From an uncultured Actinomycetes bacterium (lineage in GTDB: Bacteria > Actinomycetota > Thermoleophilia > Solirubrobacterales > Solirubrobacteraceae), in NCBI GenBank assembly GCA_963822735.1, contig CAWGIU010000015.1, positions 13,625-77,624 on the forward strand: a DNA stretch of 64,000 nucleotides, in the 5' to 3' direction. Below are positions 54,366 through 63,759 of this stretch, piece after piece; position 1 is the stretch's first letter; each line of letters starts with the position of its first letter. Below the pieces are notes generated by a model, which had not been told where the DNA came from, searched no databases, and saw only the letters and a list, made by a program, of their open reading frames with translations. A program made the translations under genes and the position numbers.

Positions 54366-55640
54366 ATGCGCTTCTTCGAGTACGAATCGCGCGCCATCGT
54401 GGGCAAGGCGGGGATCCCGATCACCAAGCAGGGCTTCGCCAAGACGGCCGACGAGGCCAGGCGGGTTGCCGAGCAGATCGGCGGCCCGGTGGTGGTGAAG
54501 TCCCAGGTTCTCTCGGGAGGACGGATGAAGGCCGGCGGCGTCAGGTTCGCCGACACTCCCGAGGAAGCGGGACAGCACGCGGAGCACATCCTCGATCTCG
54601 AGATTGGGGGTCACATGCCCCGCGGCGTGCTGGTCGACGACCGCGCCGATATCAAGCACGAGTACTACGCCGGAGTGGTGTGGGACGGGATTCGCAAGCG
54701 GCCGGTGATGCTGTTCTCGGACATGGGCGGGATCGACATCGAGGAGGTCGCCGAGAAGCACCCGGACCACGTCGCGCGTGCACACTTCTCGACGCTGCGA
54801 CCCTTCTCGGACTGGCAGGCCAAACAGCTCGTGGCCTCGCTCGGCGTCAGCGGCTCGCCGCTCAACCGGCTGACGCCGATCCTGGCCAGGCTGGCGCGGC
54901 TGTTTCTGCAATACGACATGACGCTGGCCGAGATCAATCCCCTGGGCGAGCTGACCGACGGCTCGTTCGTGGCGCTCGATGCTCACATGGACATGGAGAA
55001 CGAGGCCCGGCCGCGGCAGCAGGCGCTGCTGCACGAGCTCGGGGTGGGCGACGAGGAGACGCGCCAGGCGCGCGAGCCGACGCCGTTCGAGCTGGCAGGC
55101 GAGCAGGTCGACGCCCAGGACCACCGTGGCGTGGCGGGCAACGTGACCGAGTTCGACGGCAACCTCGGTCTGGTGATCGGAGCCGGCGGCGGCTCGCTGA
55201 CGCTGTTCGACGCCGTACGAGCCCACGGTGGCAACCCCGCCAACTACTGCGAGATCGGCGGCAACCCCTCGGTCCGCAAGGCCTGCGGCCTGGCCAAGCT
55301 CGTGCTGCAGAAGCCGGGCGTGGAGCGGATCGCGGTGATGATGTCGATCGTCTCCAACACCCGCGTGGACATCGTCGCCCGGGGAGTGATCAAGGCCTGC
55401 GTCGAGCTCGGCTACGACCCCGCCGAGAAGATCGCCATCTTCCGCATCCCCGGCGCCTGGGAGGACGAGGGCTTCAAGATCCTCGACCGCTACGGCGTCG
55501 AGTACGCCGACCGCTCCGTCTCGCTGCACGAGGCGGCGCGCCGGGCCGTGGAGAAGATCCAGGGCGCCGACGGCGGGGCCCCGAAGCCCGAGGAATTCCG
55601 CCAGACGACGACAGAGGTCGGCGGGGAGAAGGACGTCTGA
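54366..55640 (+). CDS. Succinate--CoA ligase-like ATP-grasp (beta-type) subunit; substrate not assignable
   Basis: Start chosen at MRFFEYESRAIVGKAGIP. Contains VVVKSQVLSGGRMKAGGV and GAGGGSLTLFDAVRAHGGNPANYCEIGG. About 424 aa, longer than typical SucC. Confidence 0.75.
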   Translation: MRFFEYESRAIVGKAGIPITKQGFAKTADEARRVAEQIGGPVVVKSQVLSGGRMKAGGVRFADTPEEAGQHAEHILDLEIGGHMPRGVLVDDRADIKHEYYAGVVWDGIRKRPVMLFSDMGGIDIEEVAEKHPDHVARAHFSTLRPFSDWQAKQLVASLGVSGSPLNRLTPILARLARLFLQYDMTLAEINPLGELTDGSFVALDAHMDMENEARPRQQALLHELGVGDEETRQAREPTPFELAGEQVDAQDHRGVAGNVTEFDGNLGLVIGAGGGSLTLFDAVRAHGGNPANYCEIGGNPSVRKACGLAKLVLQKPGVERIAVMMSIVSNTRVDIVARGVIKACVELGYDPAEKIAIFRIPGAWEDEGFKILDRYGVEYADRSVSLHEAARRAVEKIQGADGGAPKPEEFRQTTTEVGGEKDV

Positions 55641-56569
55641 TGTCCATTCTGATCGACGCCGACACCACTTTCATCGTCCAGGGCATCACCGGCCGCGAGG
55701 CGGTCAACCTGACGCGCGAGTGTCGGGACTACGGGGCTGGAGCCAGGATCGTCGGCGGGGTGACGCCCGGCCGCTTGGGCCGGGATGTCCACGGCGTGCG
55801 GGTGTTCGACACCGTGGCCCAGGCGGTCGAGCACCATGGCGCTGCGATCGACGGCTCGGTGGTGACGGTCCCCCCCGCGTTCACCAAGGACGCGGTGTTC
55901 GAAGCCATCGAGAACGGAGTCAAGCTGGTGGTGATCGTGACCGAGCGCATCCCGCGCGGGGACGTGGCAGAGATGGTGGAGCTGGCCGGCGAGCGCGGAG
56001 CACGGATCATCGGGCCCAACTGCCTGGGGATCATTGTTCCCGACGTCATCAAGATGGGCGGCATCGGCGGCCCGGCGCGCGACGCGGCCAAGTCCTACAC
56101 GCCGGGGCCGGTCGGTGTGATCTCGCGCAGCGGCGGCATGACCACCGAGATGTCATCGACGCTCACGGCCGCCGGTCTAGGCCAGTCGACCGCCGTCTCG
56201 ATCGGCGGCGACGCGATCATCGGCTCCTCCTATGCCGAGCTGATGCCGCTGTACGAGGCGGACCCGCAGACGGAGGCAATCGTGATCTATACAGAGCCCG
56301 GGGGCCGGATGGAGGCCGAGCTGGCGGGCTGGGTCAAGCGGTCGGGTTCGCGGCTGCCGATCGTGGCCTTCATGGCCGGGCGCTTCATGGACGAGATGCC
56401 TGGGATGAGCTTCGGCCACGCCGGGACGATCGTCGAGGGCAAGGAGGACACGGCCTCGGAGAAAATCGCCCGCCTGGCCGAGGCGGGGATCGTCGTGGCC
56501 GAGGAGATCTCGGCGATCCCGGACATCGTCAAGGAGAAGATCGCCGAACGCAGTGGAGCACCGGCGTGA
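55640..56569 (+). CDS. Succinate--CoA ligase-like CoA-binding (alpha-type) subunit
   Basis: The ATG shares one nt with the upstream TGA. Contains IVQGITGREA, ISRSGGMTTE and FGHAGTIVEG (phosphohistidine loop). Confidence 0.8.
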   Translation: MSILIDADTTFIVQGITGREAVNLTRECRDYGAGARIVGGVTPGRLGRDVHGVRVFDTVAQAVEHHGAAIDGSVVTVPPAFTKDAVFEAIENGVKLVVIVTERIPRGDVAEMVELAGERGARIIGPNCLGIIVPDVIKMGGIGGPARDAAKSYTPGPVGVISRSGGMTTEMSSTLTAAGLGQSTAVSIGGDAIIGSSYAELMPLYEADPQTEAIVIYTEPGGRMEAELAGWVKRSGSRLPIVAFMAGRFMDEMPGMSFGHAGTIVEGKEDTASEKIARLAEAGIVVAEEISAIPDIVKEKIAERSGAPA

Positions 56570-56811
56570 GCACAACTGCCCTGTTCATCGACGTGGAGGT
56601 CTCGCCTGGAGCCCGGTCCGACCGCGAGCTGGCCGCCAAGCTGGCCGAGGTCTGCCCCGTCGACATCTTCGCTGCCGGTCCCGAGGGGGTTGAGATCGTG
56701 GAGGACAACCTCGACGAGTGCGTGCTGTGCGAGCTGTGCATCAACGCCTCCCCGCCGGGGACGCTGAAGGTGATCAAGCTCTACGACGGCGGGGCCGCGC
56801 TGGGCGCGTAG
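56566..56811 (+). CDS. Small ferredoxin-like protein (81 aa) with one predicted Fe-S cluster site
   Basis: The GTG start overlaps the alpha-subunit stop (GTGA). Contains ...VCPVDIF...DECVLCELCINASPP, i.e. a CP followed by CxxCxxC, with Ser where the last Cys of a second motif would be. Confidence 0.5.
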   Translation: MSTTALFIDVEVSPGARSDRELAAKLAEVCPVDIFAAGPEGVEIVEDNLDECVLCELCINASPPGTLKVIKLYDGGAALGA

Positions 56812-56821
56812 TCTCCGACCC

Positions 56822-59167
56822 GTGTCTCGGGTCACGGGATGGCTGCGCCGGCACGATCCCGCCTACGGCGCCCTGCGCCGGGCGACGCGAGCCGCGCTCG
56901 TCATGCCGGCGATGTTCGCGCTGGCCGATAAGGCGATCGGCAATCCGGTGATGGGCACGTTCGCCGCCTTCGGATCGTTCGCCATGCTGCTGATGGTCGA
57001 CTTCGCGGGACCGGTCGCAGTCAGGCTCCTCAACCAGACGGCACTCGGTCTGGCGTGCGCGCTGCTGATCTGCCTGGGAACGCTGGCCTCGCGTACCACA
57101 TGGGTGGCGGCCGTCGCGATGGCCCTGGTCGCGTTCGTGGTGCTGTTCGCCGGCGTCGTGAGCTCGGTGCTGACCAACGCCACGACCGCGCTGCTACTGG
57201 CCTTCATCCTGCCTGTCTCGCTGCCCGCTTCCGCCGCCTCTATTCCCGACCGCGTCGCCGGCTGGGGGCTCGCGGCCGGAGCGTCCGTGCTGGCGATCTC
57301 GCTGCTGTGGCCCTCGCCCGAGCTGTACCCGGTGCGCAGCGCCGTCGTCGCATGTTGCCGCGCGCTGTGCGAGCGGCTCAGGGCGGACATCGCCTACATC
57401 ACGGGCCGCGGCGGCCGGGCGGCGACCGAGGCTCATCGCCAGACGATCGCGCGCGCCAACGAAGCCGTGCAGGCGATGCTCGATCTTTTCTTCGCTACGC
57501 CCTACCGGCCGACCGGGCTCAGCAGCGAGGCTCGCGCTGCCGTGCGGCTGGTCGACGAGCTTCGGTGGCTGAACTCGATCGTGCTGCGCTCGGGTCCCAA
57601 GTTTCACCCCCCGCGGCCGGATCTCCACGTCTGCGCCGTGAAGGAAGCGGCCGCCACGGCGCTCGAGTGCTCGGCCGCGCTGCTTGACTCCCCCCATCGG
57701 CGTCACGAGCCCTTGGCTGAGGCGCTCGCGGAGATGCGGGCATCGCTCGGCGAGCTCGAGCACGCCACCGTCGGTCTGCTCCCCGCCGAGCCCTCCTCGG
57801 GCCGCCCGGGCGAGCAGCCGGCGCAAGCGATCGTTTCCTCTCTGGATCCCAGCTTCCGCGCCCAGGAGCTCAGCTTCATCGTGGCCCAGATCGCCGAGAA
57901 CGCCGACTTCTCCGCGGCCGCCGCTGAACGCCCGTGGATCGATCGGCTGCTTGGCCGCCAGCCGCCCGGCGTTCGGGGACCGCTGAGAGCGGCGCAGGAG
58001 CGCGCCGAAGCCCACGCGACGCGCCAGTCGCTGTGGCTGCGCAACAGCGTCCGAGGAGCGGTGGCGCTGGGCCTCGCCGTGCTGGTGGCCGACCTGAGCA
58101 GCGTCCAGCATGCATTCTGGGTCGCTTTCGGCACGCTGTCGGTGCTTCGCTCCAATGCGCTCAGCACCGGCGAGAGCATCTTTCGCGCGGTTCTCGGAAC
58201 AACCGTTGGGTTCGTCATCGGCGGCGCGCTCGTCTATGTGATCGGCACCAACACGGCCATCCTGTGGGCGCTGCTGCCGATCGTGATCCTGTTCGCCGGT
58301 TTGGCGCCGGCCGCGATCTCGTTCGCGGCCGGTCAGGCCGCGTTCACGGCGACGCTGCTGATTCTGTTCAACCTGATCTCCCCCGCCGGCTGGAAGATCG
58401 GCCTGGTGCGCGTGGAGGACGTCGCGATCGGCGGCGCCGTGAGCCTCGCCGTTGGCCTACTGATGTGGCCCCGGGGCGCCGCCGGCGCGCTGGGCCGGGC
58501 CCTGGCGCAGGCATACGCGCACACAGCCCGCTACCTGGCGGACGCGGTGGCCTACGGCGTGGGCTGCTGCGATTCATCCGGCCCCCCGTCCGCCCAGCCG
58601 AGCAATCAGGCGCTCGCAGCGGCGGCGGCCTCCCGGCGGCTGGACGACACCTTCCGCAGCTACCTGTCCGAGCGTGGCTCCAAGTCAGCGCCGCTCGCCG
58701 ATGTCGCCGGGCTGCTGACCGGGGTCACCGGCATGCGGCTGGCGGCGGACGCGATCGTCGATCTGTGGAGCGCAGAGGGCGTGCGCGACGGTCATCGGTC
58801 GGCCGCGCGCCGCGAGCTGACTCAAGCCGTGGCCGGCATGACCAGCTGGTATGACCATTTCGGGGCCAGCCTCACGCGCACGGAGGCCGTCCCAGAGCCA
58901 ATGGGCAGGGACGAGATCGCCGATGGCCGCTTGGTGGACGCGGTGGCAAGCGACCTGCAGGCGTCAGACGGTGAAACCACCGCGACCGGCGTGCGGGTCA
59001 TCTGGACAGGAGATCACCTGGACGCGGTTCGTCGCCTGCAGGACCCGCTCGTGGCGCGGGCGCGGGCTCTCCCACCGGGTGATACGCCCCGCTCCGGGGG
59101 TCGAGCCGCCACATGGAGCGGGCAGTTGCGTCCGAGGGTACGCCGGCCTCGCGCAACGGCCGCGTGA
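56822..59167 (+). CDS. FUSC-family (fusaric-acid-resistance / aromatic acid exporter-like) membrane protein
   Basis: 781 aa with two blocks of about 5-6 TM segments separated by a large soluble region. The family call is from overall architecture. Confidence 0.6.
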   Translation: MSRVTGWLRRHDPAYGALRRATRAALVMPAMFALADKAIGNPVMGTFAAFGSFAMLLMVDFAGPVAVRLLNQTALGLACALLICLGTLASRTTWVAAVAMALVAFVVLFAGVVSSVLTNATTALLLAFILPVSLPASAASIPDRVAGWGLAAGASVLAISLLWPSPELYPVRSAVVACCRALCERLRADIAYITGRGGRAATEAHRQTIARANEAVQAMLDLFFATPYRPTGLSSEARAAVRLVDELRWLNSIVLRSGPKFHPPRPDLHVCAVKEAAATALECSAALLDSPHRRHEPLAEALAEMRASLGELEHATVGLLPAEPSSGRPGEQPAQAIVSSLDPSFRAQELSFIVAQIAENADFSAAAAERPWIDRLLGRQPPGVRGPLRAAQERAEAHATRQSLWLRNSVRGAVALGLAVLVADLSSVQHAFWVAFGTLSVLRSNALSTGESIFRAVLGTTVGFVIGGALVYVIGTNTAILWALLPIVILFAGLAPAAISFAAGQAAFTATLLILFNLISPAGWKIGLVRVEDVAIGGAVSLAVGLLMWPRGAAGALGRALAQAYAHTARYLADAVAYGVGCCDSSGPPSAQPSNQALAAAAASRRLDDTFRSYLSERGSKSAPLADVAGLLTGVTGMRLAADAIVDLWSAEGVRDGHRSAARRELTQAVAGMTSWYDHFGASLTRTEAVPEPMGRDEIADGRLVDAVASDLQASDGETTATGVRVIWTGDHLDAVRRLQDPLVARARALPPGDTPRSGGRAATWSGQLRPRVRRPRATAA

Positions 59168-62054
59168 TCGGCCTGAACCACGTGGTGACTGGTATCCGCT
59201 CCACCACTTGCACCACAGCGGGTCGCTGGGCGGGTGGCAGGACGGCGAGCGCCGCGTCGAGATCCGCCGTCGCGAGCTCGTAGCCCGAGCGCAGCGTGAC
59301 CGCAGCCACCGCCAGTTGGTGACTCGAGTCCTCCGCTTGCACGCCGTAGGCGACCGCCAGATCGACCGCCGGCAGGTTTCCGAGAGCGTCGCGGATGGGA
59401 CCCGTGAACGTCAGTCCGGCCTCGCCGCGGACGACCTCGGCGACGCCATCGACGCGCCAGTAGTCGCCGTCGGGGTCGCGGAGGAACAGGTCGCCGGTCT
59501 GAAGCCACGCGTCCTCGCGCGTGAATACGCCACGCAGCGGGGTGCTGTTCAGCGGCTCGTTGGGGCTCACGCGTCCCATCAGCATGCCGATCTCATCGGT
59601 CCCGCACTGCACGGCGAAACCGTCCTCGCCCAGCACCAGCTCCTCGGCGTCGAGGTCGTAGGCGGCGATCCGAACCTCAGCTGAGCCGGGCAGCGGACGG
59701 CCCATGGCGCCGGGCTTCGCTCCACTGAGGTTGACCAGGATCACACCCGCCTCGGTCGAGGCGTAGAACTCGAGCACCCGCGCCGGGGAAAAGCGTCGCT
59801 CCACGCGCCGCCACAGTCCCCGCGGCATCCCCGAGCCGATGAACAGCCGCACGGGGTGATGGCGCTCTCCGGGCTGCGGCGGGGCCTCCGCCAGGTCGTG
59901 CAGCAGCGTCCATGTGTATGAGGCCACGGTCACCCCGTAGCGGCGTACCTCCTCCCAGAAGGTCGTGGGGTCAAACTCGGTGGCCATCGCCAGGCGTGCG
60001 CCTCCGGCGATCGCCCCGCCGATGCTCATCATCAGCCCCGAGGGGTGGTAGAGCGGAGTGACGCTGTAGAGCGTGTCATCCGGGGACAGCGCCGCCGAGG
60101 ATGCAGTCCCGAATGCCGACATGGCCCAGCGGCCGTTGGTGATGCGGCTCATCCTCGTGCCCTCGCCCTCGCCGGTGAAGACGATGAAGGCCGGATCGCT
60201 CGCCCTCCCCGGATCCGGGCGGTACCACCTCGGCAGCGTGACAGCACCGAGGTCGATCTGCTCCATGTCGACGAGCGGCACGCCCAAATCACGCGGGCCG
60301 CCCCCTCCGCCGAGGACGAAGGTGGGGAGCGCACCGAGGCTGGAGGCCAGCGGCGCCCGTTCCGGGTCGGAGATGATGCGCGTTACCTGACCCAGCCGCG
60401 CCTCGCGCTGTAGGTCGCCGTCGGGTCTGAGTAGGACCGATACAGCTCCGATGCGGCTGATGGCCACGAGCAGCGCCAGCGCTGTCGGCCGCGGCCCCAT
60501 CAGCACCCCCACGTGCTCGCCGCGTCGGACGCCGATCGCGATCAGGCCCCGGACGACGTTGTCGATCCGTTCGCCCACCTCGGCCGCGTTGTAGGCGCGA
60601 TCCTCGAACAGGAAGAAGATCTCCTCGCGCGAGCGGCGGCGGCGCTCCTCGACGAGCAGCCCGGGCGAGATCCGCGTGCTCGGCTGGATCTGCTCCAGCC
60701 GGGCCAGGCGCGGAAGCTGACTGGCGGCCTCGAACGTCAGCTCGCGCACGGAGCGCGCCGTCCTCCTGGCAGTTCCCACTGCCGAGCGAGCGATGCCCGT
60801 GCCCACCGCTGCCGCCAGCTCGAGCCCGTAGCCGACGCGGCTTGTGAGCTGGGGCGTCAGCTCGGTGGAGACGTCGTCGGGGACCTGCTCGACCTCGGGC
60901 GGAAGCTCGCCCCGGCCCGCGCGCCACTGCATCCAGGAGGCAACCGCAGGCCAAGTCACGGCCGTCGACTTGGACCCGACGACGAGGCCGAAATGGCCGG
61001 CCTCGAGCGCAATCTCGTAGACGTCGGCTCGCGGCGCGGCCTGGCGGATGGCGCGGACGCCGGCGGCCGGCGCGATCTCATCGACCGTGCCCACCACGGA
61101 CAGGATCGGACAGGCGATGTCGGCCAGCGTCACGAGCCGGTCTTCGATCACGAAGCCTCCCTCGAGCATCCGGTTATGGGCGATGAACTGGCGCAGGAAG
61201 TCGGCAAGCGCGGGACCCGGCCAGGCGACCCATCCTTCCGCTTCCAGGAAACGACGCTGGCGCTCGCGCGGCAGCAGCGCCTCGCGATCGTGCAGCTGGC
61301 GAACGAACTCCAGCCTGCTGCGCAGCGACTTGACGGGGTCGAGCAGCCGGAACCCGGTGCGGCTGGCCCACGCCGGCAGCGCGACCCGGGCCAGAGCGCT
61401 CTCGGCCACCAGCCCGGCTACGCCCGCTACCACCTGTTCCGGCAGCCCGAACGGCATCGCCAGGCGCGTGTCGACCGGACTGCCGAAAGTGATCAGCGAG
61501 GCCAGGTCCGCGTTGCGGCGGTATGCCGCGGTCTGGTAACAGAACATGCCGCCCTGCGAGTAGCCGGCCAGGTGGACGTCCTGTCCGGTCGCCCGGGAGA
61601 CCCTGTCGACGGCGTCTGATACGGCGAGCACGTGGTCGGTCAGGGTTCGCTCGAGGCCTCCCTCTTCGCGCTCGGGCGCCCCGAAGTCGACCACCCACGG
61701 GTCGGCGCCGTGCTCGCGCAGGAGCGTCACGGCGCTGGTCCTCGGGGCGACGTCGTAGACCTCGGCCGCCAGCATCATCGGGGGCACGAGCACGATCGGA
61801 GGCCCCGGCCCCGGACGATGCCCGCCTCCAGCGGCGCCGCGCTTTCCATCGGTAGAGGCTCCGCTGTCTGAGCGGTCCGCGTAATAGCGACGGAGCTTGT
61901 AGACCCGATGCTCGCTGAATACCTCGTATGGCGATGGCTGCTCGTCGGTCTCAAGACCGCCGAAGCGCGCCACCTCGAGCGCGTTCTGGGCGGCCGTGCC
62001 CAGGCGCCCGATGGGGCGGGTGATCACTCGCGGGACCAGCTGCATGCCGGACAT
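58998..62054 (-). CDS. Bifunctional alpha/beta-hydrolase (PHA-synthase/lipase-like) and acyl-CoA synthetase, similar in architecture to M. tuberculosis Rv1683
   Basis: Start chosen at MSGMQLVPR. The N-terminal half has GYSQGG (GxSxG). The C-terminal half is an AMP-binding fold, with YSVTPLYHPSG, TGDLF and the ANL pattern. About 1018 aa. Confidence 0.75.
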   Translation of the reverse strand: MSGMQLVPRVITRPIGRLGTAAQNALEVARFGGLETDEQPSPYEVFSEHRVYKLRRYYADRSDSGASTDGKRGAAGGGHRPGPGPPIVLVPPMMLAAEVYDVAPRTSAVTLLREHGADPWVVDFGAPEREEGGLERTLTDHVLAVSDAVDRVSRATGQDVHLAGYSQGGMFCYQTAAYRRNADLASLITFGSPVDTRLAMPFGLPEQVVAGVAGLVAESALARVALPAWASRTGFRLLDPVKSLRSRLEFVRQLHDREALLPRERQRRFLEAEGWVAWPGPALADFLRQFIAHNRMLEGGFVIEDRLVTLADIACPILSVVGTVDEIAPAAGVRAIRQAAPRADVYEIALEAGHFGLVVGSKSTAVTWPAVASWMQWRAGRGELPPEVEQVPDDVSTELTPQLTSRVGYGLELAAAVGTGIARSAVGTARRTARSVRELTFEAASQLPRLARLEQIQPSTRISPGLLVEERRRRSREEIFFLFEDRAYNAAEVGERIDNVVRGLIAIGVRRGEHVGVLMGPRPTALALLVAISRIGAVSVLLRPDGDLQREARLGQVTRIISDPERAPLASSLGALPTFVLGGGGGPRDLGVPLVDMEQIDLGAVTLPRWYRPDPGRASDPAFIVFTGEGEGTRMSRITNGRWAMSAFGTASSAALSPDDTLYSVTPLYHPSGLMMSIGGAIAGGARLAMATEFDPTTFWEEVRRYGVTVASYTWTLLHDLAEAPPQPGERHHPVRLFIGSGMPRGLWRRVERRFSPARVLEFYASTEAGVILVNLSGAKPGAMGRPLPGSAEVRIAAYDLDAEELVLGEDGFAVQCGTDEIGMLMGRVSPNEPLNSTPLRGVFTREDAWLQTGDLFLRDPDGDYWRVDGVAEVVRGEAGLTFTGPIRDALGNLPAVDLAVAYGVQAEDSSHQLAVAAVTLRSGYELATADLDAALAVLPPAQRPAVVQVVERIPVTTWFRPITRPLREAGVPSDATARSMWRLDPRSGAYHPVGEPAPAPRAGPAGDEPRPGDLLSR

Positions 62055-62128
62055 GATCTCCGACCGGTCCGCGCTCGTGCAGATCGGGCCCCTTGCGGTT
62101 ATTGTCCGCCTGCCGACAACGGCGCCCT

Positions 62129-62203
62129 GTCCCCACCCACACGCGCACCTCCCGTCCCCGCCCACAAGCGCACCGCCTGTCCCCGCCCACAAGCGCACCG
62201 CCC
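62129..62203. repeat. 3 x 25-bp tandem repeat ending 1 nt before the crotonase ATG
   Basis: GTCCCCACCCACACGCGCACCTCCC, then GTCCCCGCCCACAAGCGCACCGCCT, then GTCCCCGCCCACAAGCGCACCGCCC. Confidence 0.9.
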
Positions 62204-63004
62204 ATGACGATCGTCGATCTGGAAACCGTCAAGCTGCAGGTCGATGGTGGAGTTGCGCGGATCGTGCTGAACCGGCCCGAGGCCCTGAATGCCTGGACTG
62301 TCCAGCTCGGCCAGGACATGCTCGCCGCGCTTTCAAGGGCCGCGGAGGACGAAGACGTACGGGCGATCGTGTTCACGGGCGAGGGGCGAGCGTTCTCCTC
62401 CGGCGCCGATTTGAAGGCGGGCACGGAGCTCGACGCGAATGGAAAGCCGGACGTGCTGACCCCCCTGAGGAACGTCTACAACCCGTTGATCCTCCGGGTG
62501 CGGACGGTGCCCAAGCCCGTACTGGCGGCGGTCAACGGGCCCGCGGTGGGCATCGGCTGCTCGCTGGCGCTGGCGGCCGACCTGATCGTGGCGGCGGAGT
62601 CGGCGTACTTCCTGCTGGCGTTCGTCAACATCGGCCTGGCGCTCGACGGGGGCGCGTCGCTGACGCTGGCCGCCAGGCTGGGCCACGCCCGCGCGTTCGA
62701 GATGGCCTACCTCGGCGAGCGGATCCCGGCACCGCTGGCACTGGAATGGGGCCTGGTCAACCGGGTCGTCCCCGACAGCGCGTGTCAGGAGGCCACGACC
62801 CAGCTGGCCGCGCGGCTTGCGGCCGGCCCGCCGGGGTCCTACGCCACGATCAAGCGCACGATCAACGATCGCTTGTATGGAGGCTTTGAGCAGCTGCTGG
62901 AGCTCGAGGCCACGCTGCAGCAGGAGCGCGCGTCCTCGGCCGACTTCCTGGAGGGCGTCGTGGCCTTCATGCAGAAGCGTCCGCCGCGATTCGCGGGCGA
63001 TTAG
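62204..63004 (+). CDS. Enoyl-CoA hydratase/isomerase (crotonase family)
   Basis: Internal ATG. Translation is MTIVDLETVKLQVDGGVARIVLNRPEALNAW...FTGEGRAFSSGADL. Confidence 0.88.
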   Translation: MTIVDLETVKLQVDGGVARIVLNRPEALNAWTVQLGQDMLAALSRAAEDEDVRAIVFTGEGRAFSSGADLKAGTELDANGKPDVLTPLRNVYNPLILRVRTVPKPVLAAVNGPAVGIGCSLALAADLIVAAESAYFLLAFVNIGLALDGGASLTLAARLGHARAFEMAYLGERIPAPLALEWGLVNRVVPDSACQEATTQLAARLAAGPPGSYATIKRTINDRLYGGFEQLLELEATLQQERASSADFLEGVVAFMQKRPPRFAGD

Positions 63005-63059
63005 CGCCCGCGGGAGGCAGGCGTATCCCCGAGCGCGAGATCGAGCCGCCCTCCGGACC

Positions 63060-63569
63060 GTGAGCAGCGCCCCCGAGCTCCGCGGCCCGCTGCGCATCCG
63101 TCCAGCCGAAGTCGGTGACGTCCCGCTGATCTTTTCGCTGATCGTCGAGCTCGCTGAGTTCGAACGGGCCTCCGAGCGGGTGGCCGGCAGCCCGCAGCTC
63201 CTGGAACAAGCGCTGTTCGCAGCCGACCCGGCGGCGGAGGCGGTGATCGCTGAGCTGGACGGCGAGCCGGCGGGCTTCGCTCTCTTCTTCCGGACGTTCT
63301 CCACCTGGCTCTGCCGCCCCGGCCTGTGGCTGGAGGATCTATACGTCTCGCCGGCTCACCGGCGGGGCGGCGTGGGGCGCGCCCTGCTGCAGCACGTGGC
63401 TGCAGTTGCTGTAGAGCGTGGCTGCGGGCGGATGGAGTGGTCCGCTCTCGACTGGAACGCTCCTGCGCTTGCCTTCTATTCCTCGCTGGGCGCCGAGCAG
63501 CTCAACGAGTGGCTCGTTCACCGCCTCGACGGCGACGCGCTGCGGCGGGTGGCCACGGGGACGGGCTGA
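63060..63569 (+). CDS. GNAT N-acetyltransferase
   Basis: GTG start. Contains LRIRPAEVGDVPLIFSLIVELAEFE and LYVSPAHRRGGVGRALL. Confidence 0.75.
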   Translation: MSSAPELRGPLRIRPAEVGDVPLIFSLIVELAEFERASERVAGSPQLLEQALFAADPAAEAVIAELDGEPAGFALFFRTFSTWLCRPGLWLEDLYVSPAHRRGGVGRALLQHVAAVAVERGCGRMEWSALDWNAPALAFYSSLGAEQLNEWLVHRLDGDALRRVATGTG

Positions 63570-63759
63570 GCCGTCCGGGGGACGAGCGGTTCGCGTCCGG
63601 AGGGACGAGCTGTTCGCATCTCCGGCGAAACTTGTGCAATGACGAGGAGGTTTCACAGGCGCAAACACCTCTGCAGGAAAAATGCGAAAGTCGCGGGGGC
63701 CAAACAGTCGGCGGTTCTAGGCAACCGCCGGTAGACCAGCGTATGAAAGGTTGCAGGGG

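Noticed and set aside
54071-56569. An 832-aa plus-strand ORF spanning the sbp start, the intergenic region and the CoA-ligase genes. Also the 412-aa antisense ORF at 54291..55529.
   Set aside because: Only the last 309 codons (from ATG 55640) look like protein (SucD-like). The upstream part is Arg/Gly/Pro-rich out-of-frame read-through of the beta-subunit gene. The antisense ORF has no motifs.
63573-63617. A 2 x ~22-bp direct repeat (GTCCGGGGGACGAGCGGTTCGC / GTCCGGAGGGACGAGCTGTTCGC) after the GNAT stop.
   Set aside because: It is real but short, imperfect (one indel) and without obvious structure or context. It is probably a slippage duplication, so I did not raise it as a finding.
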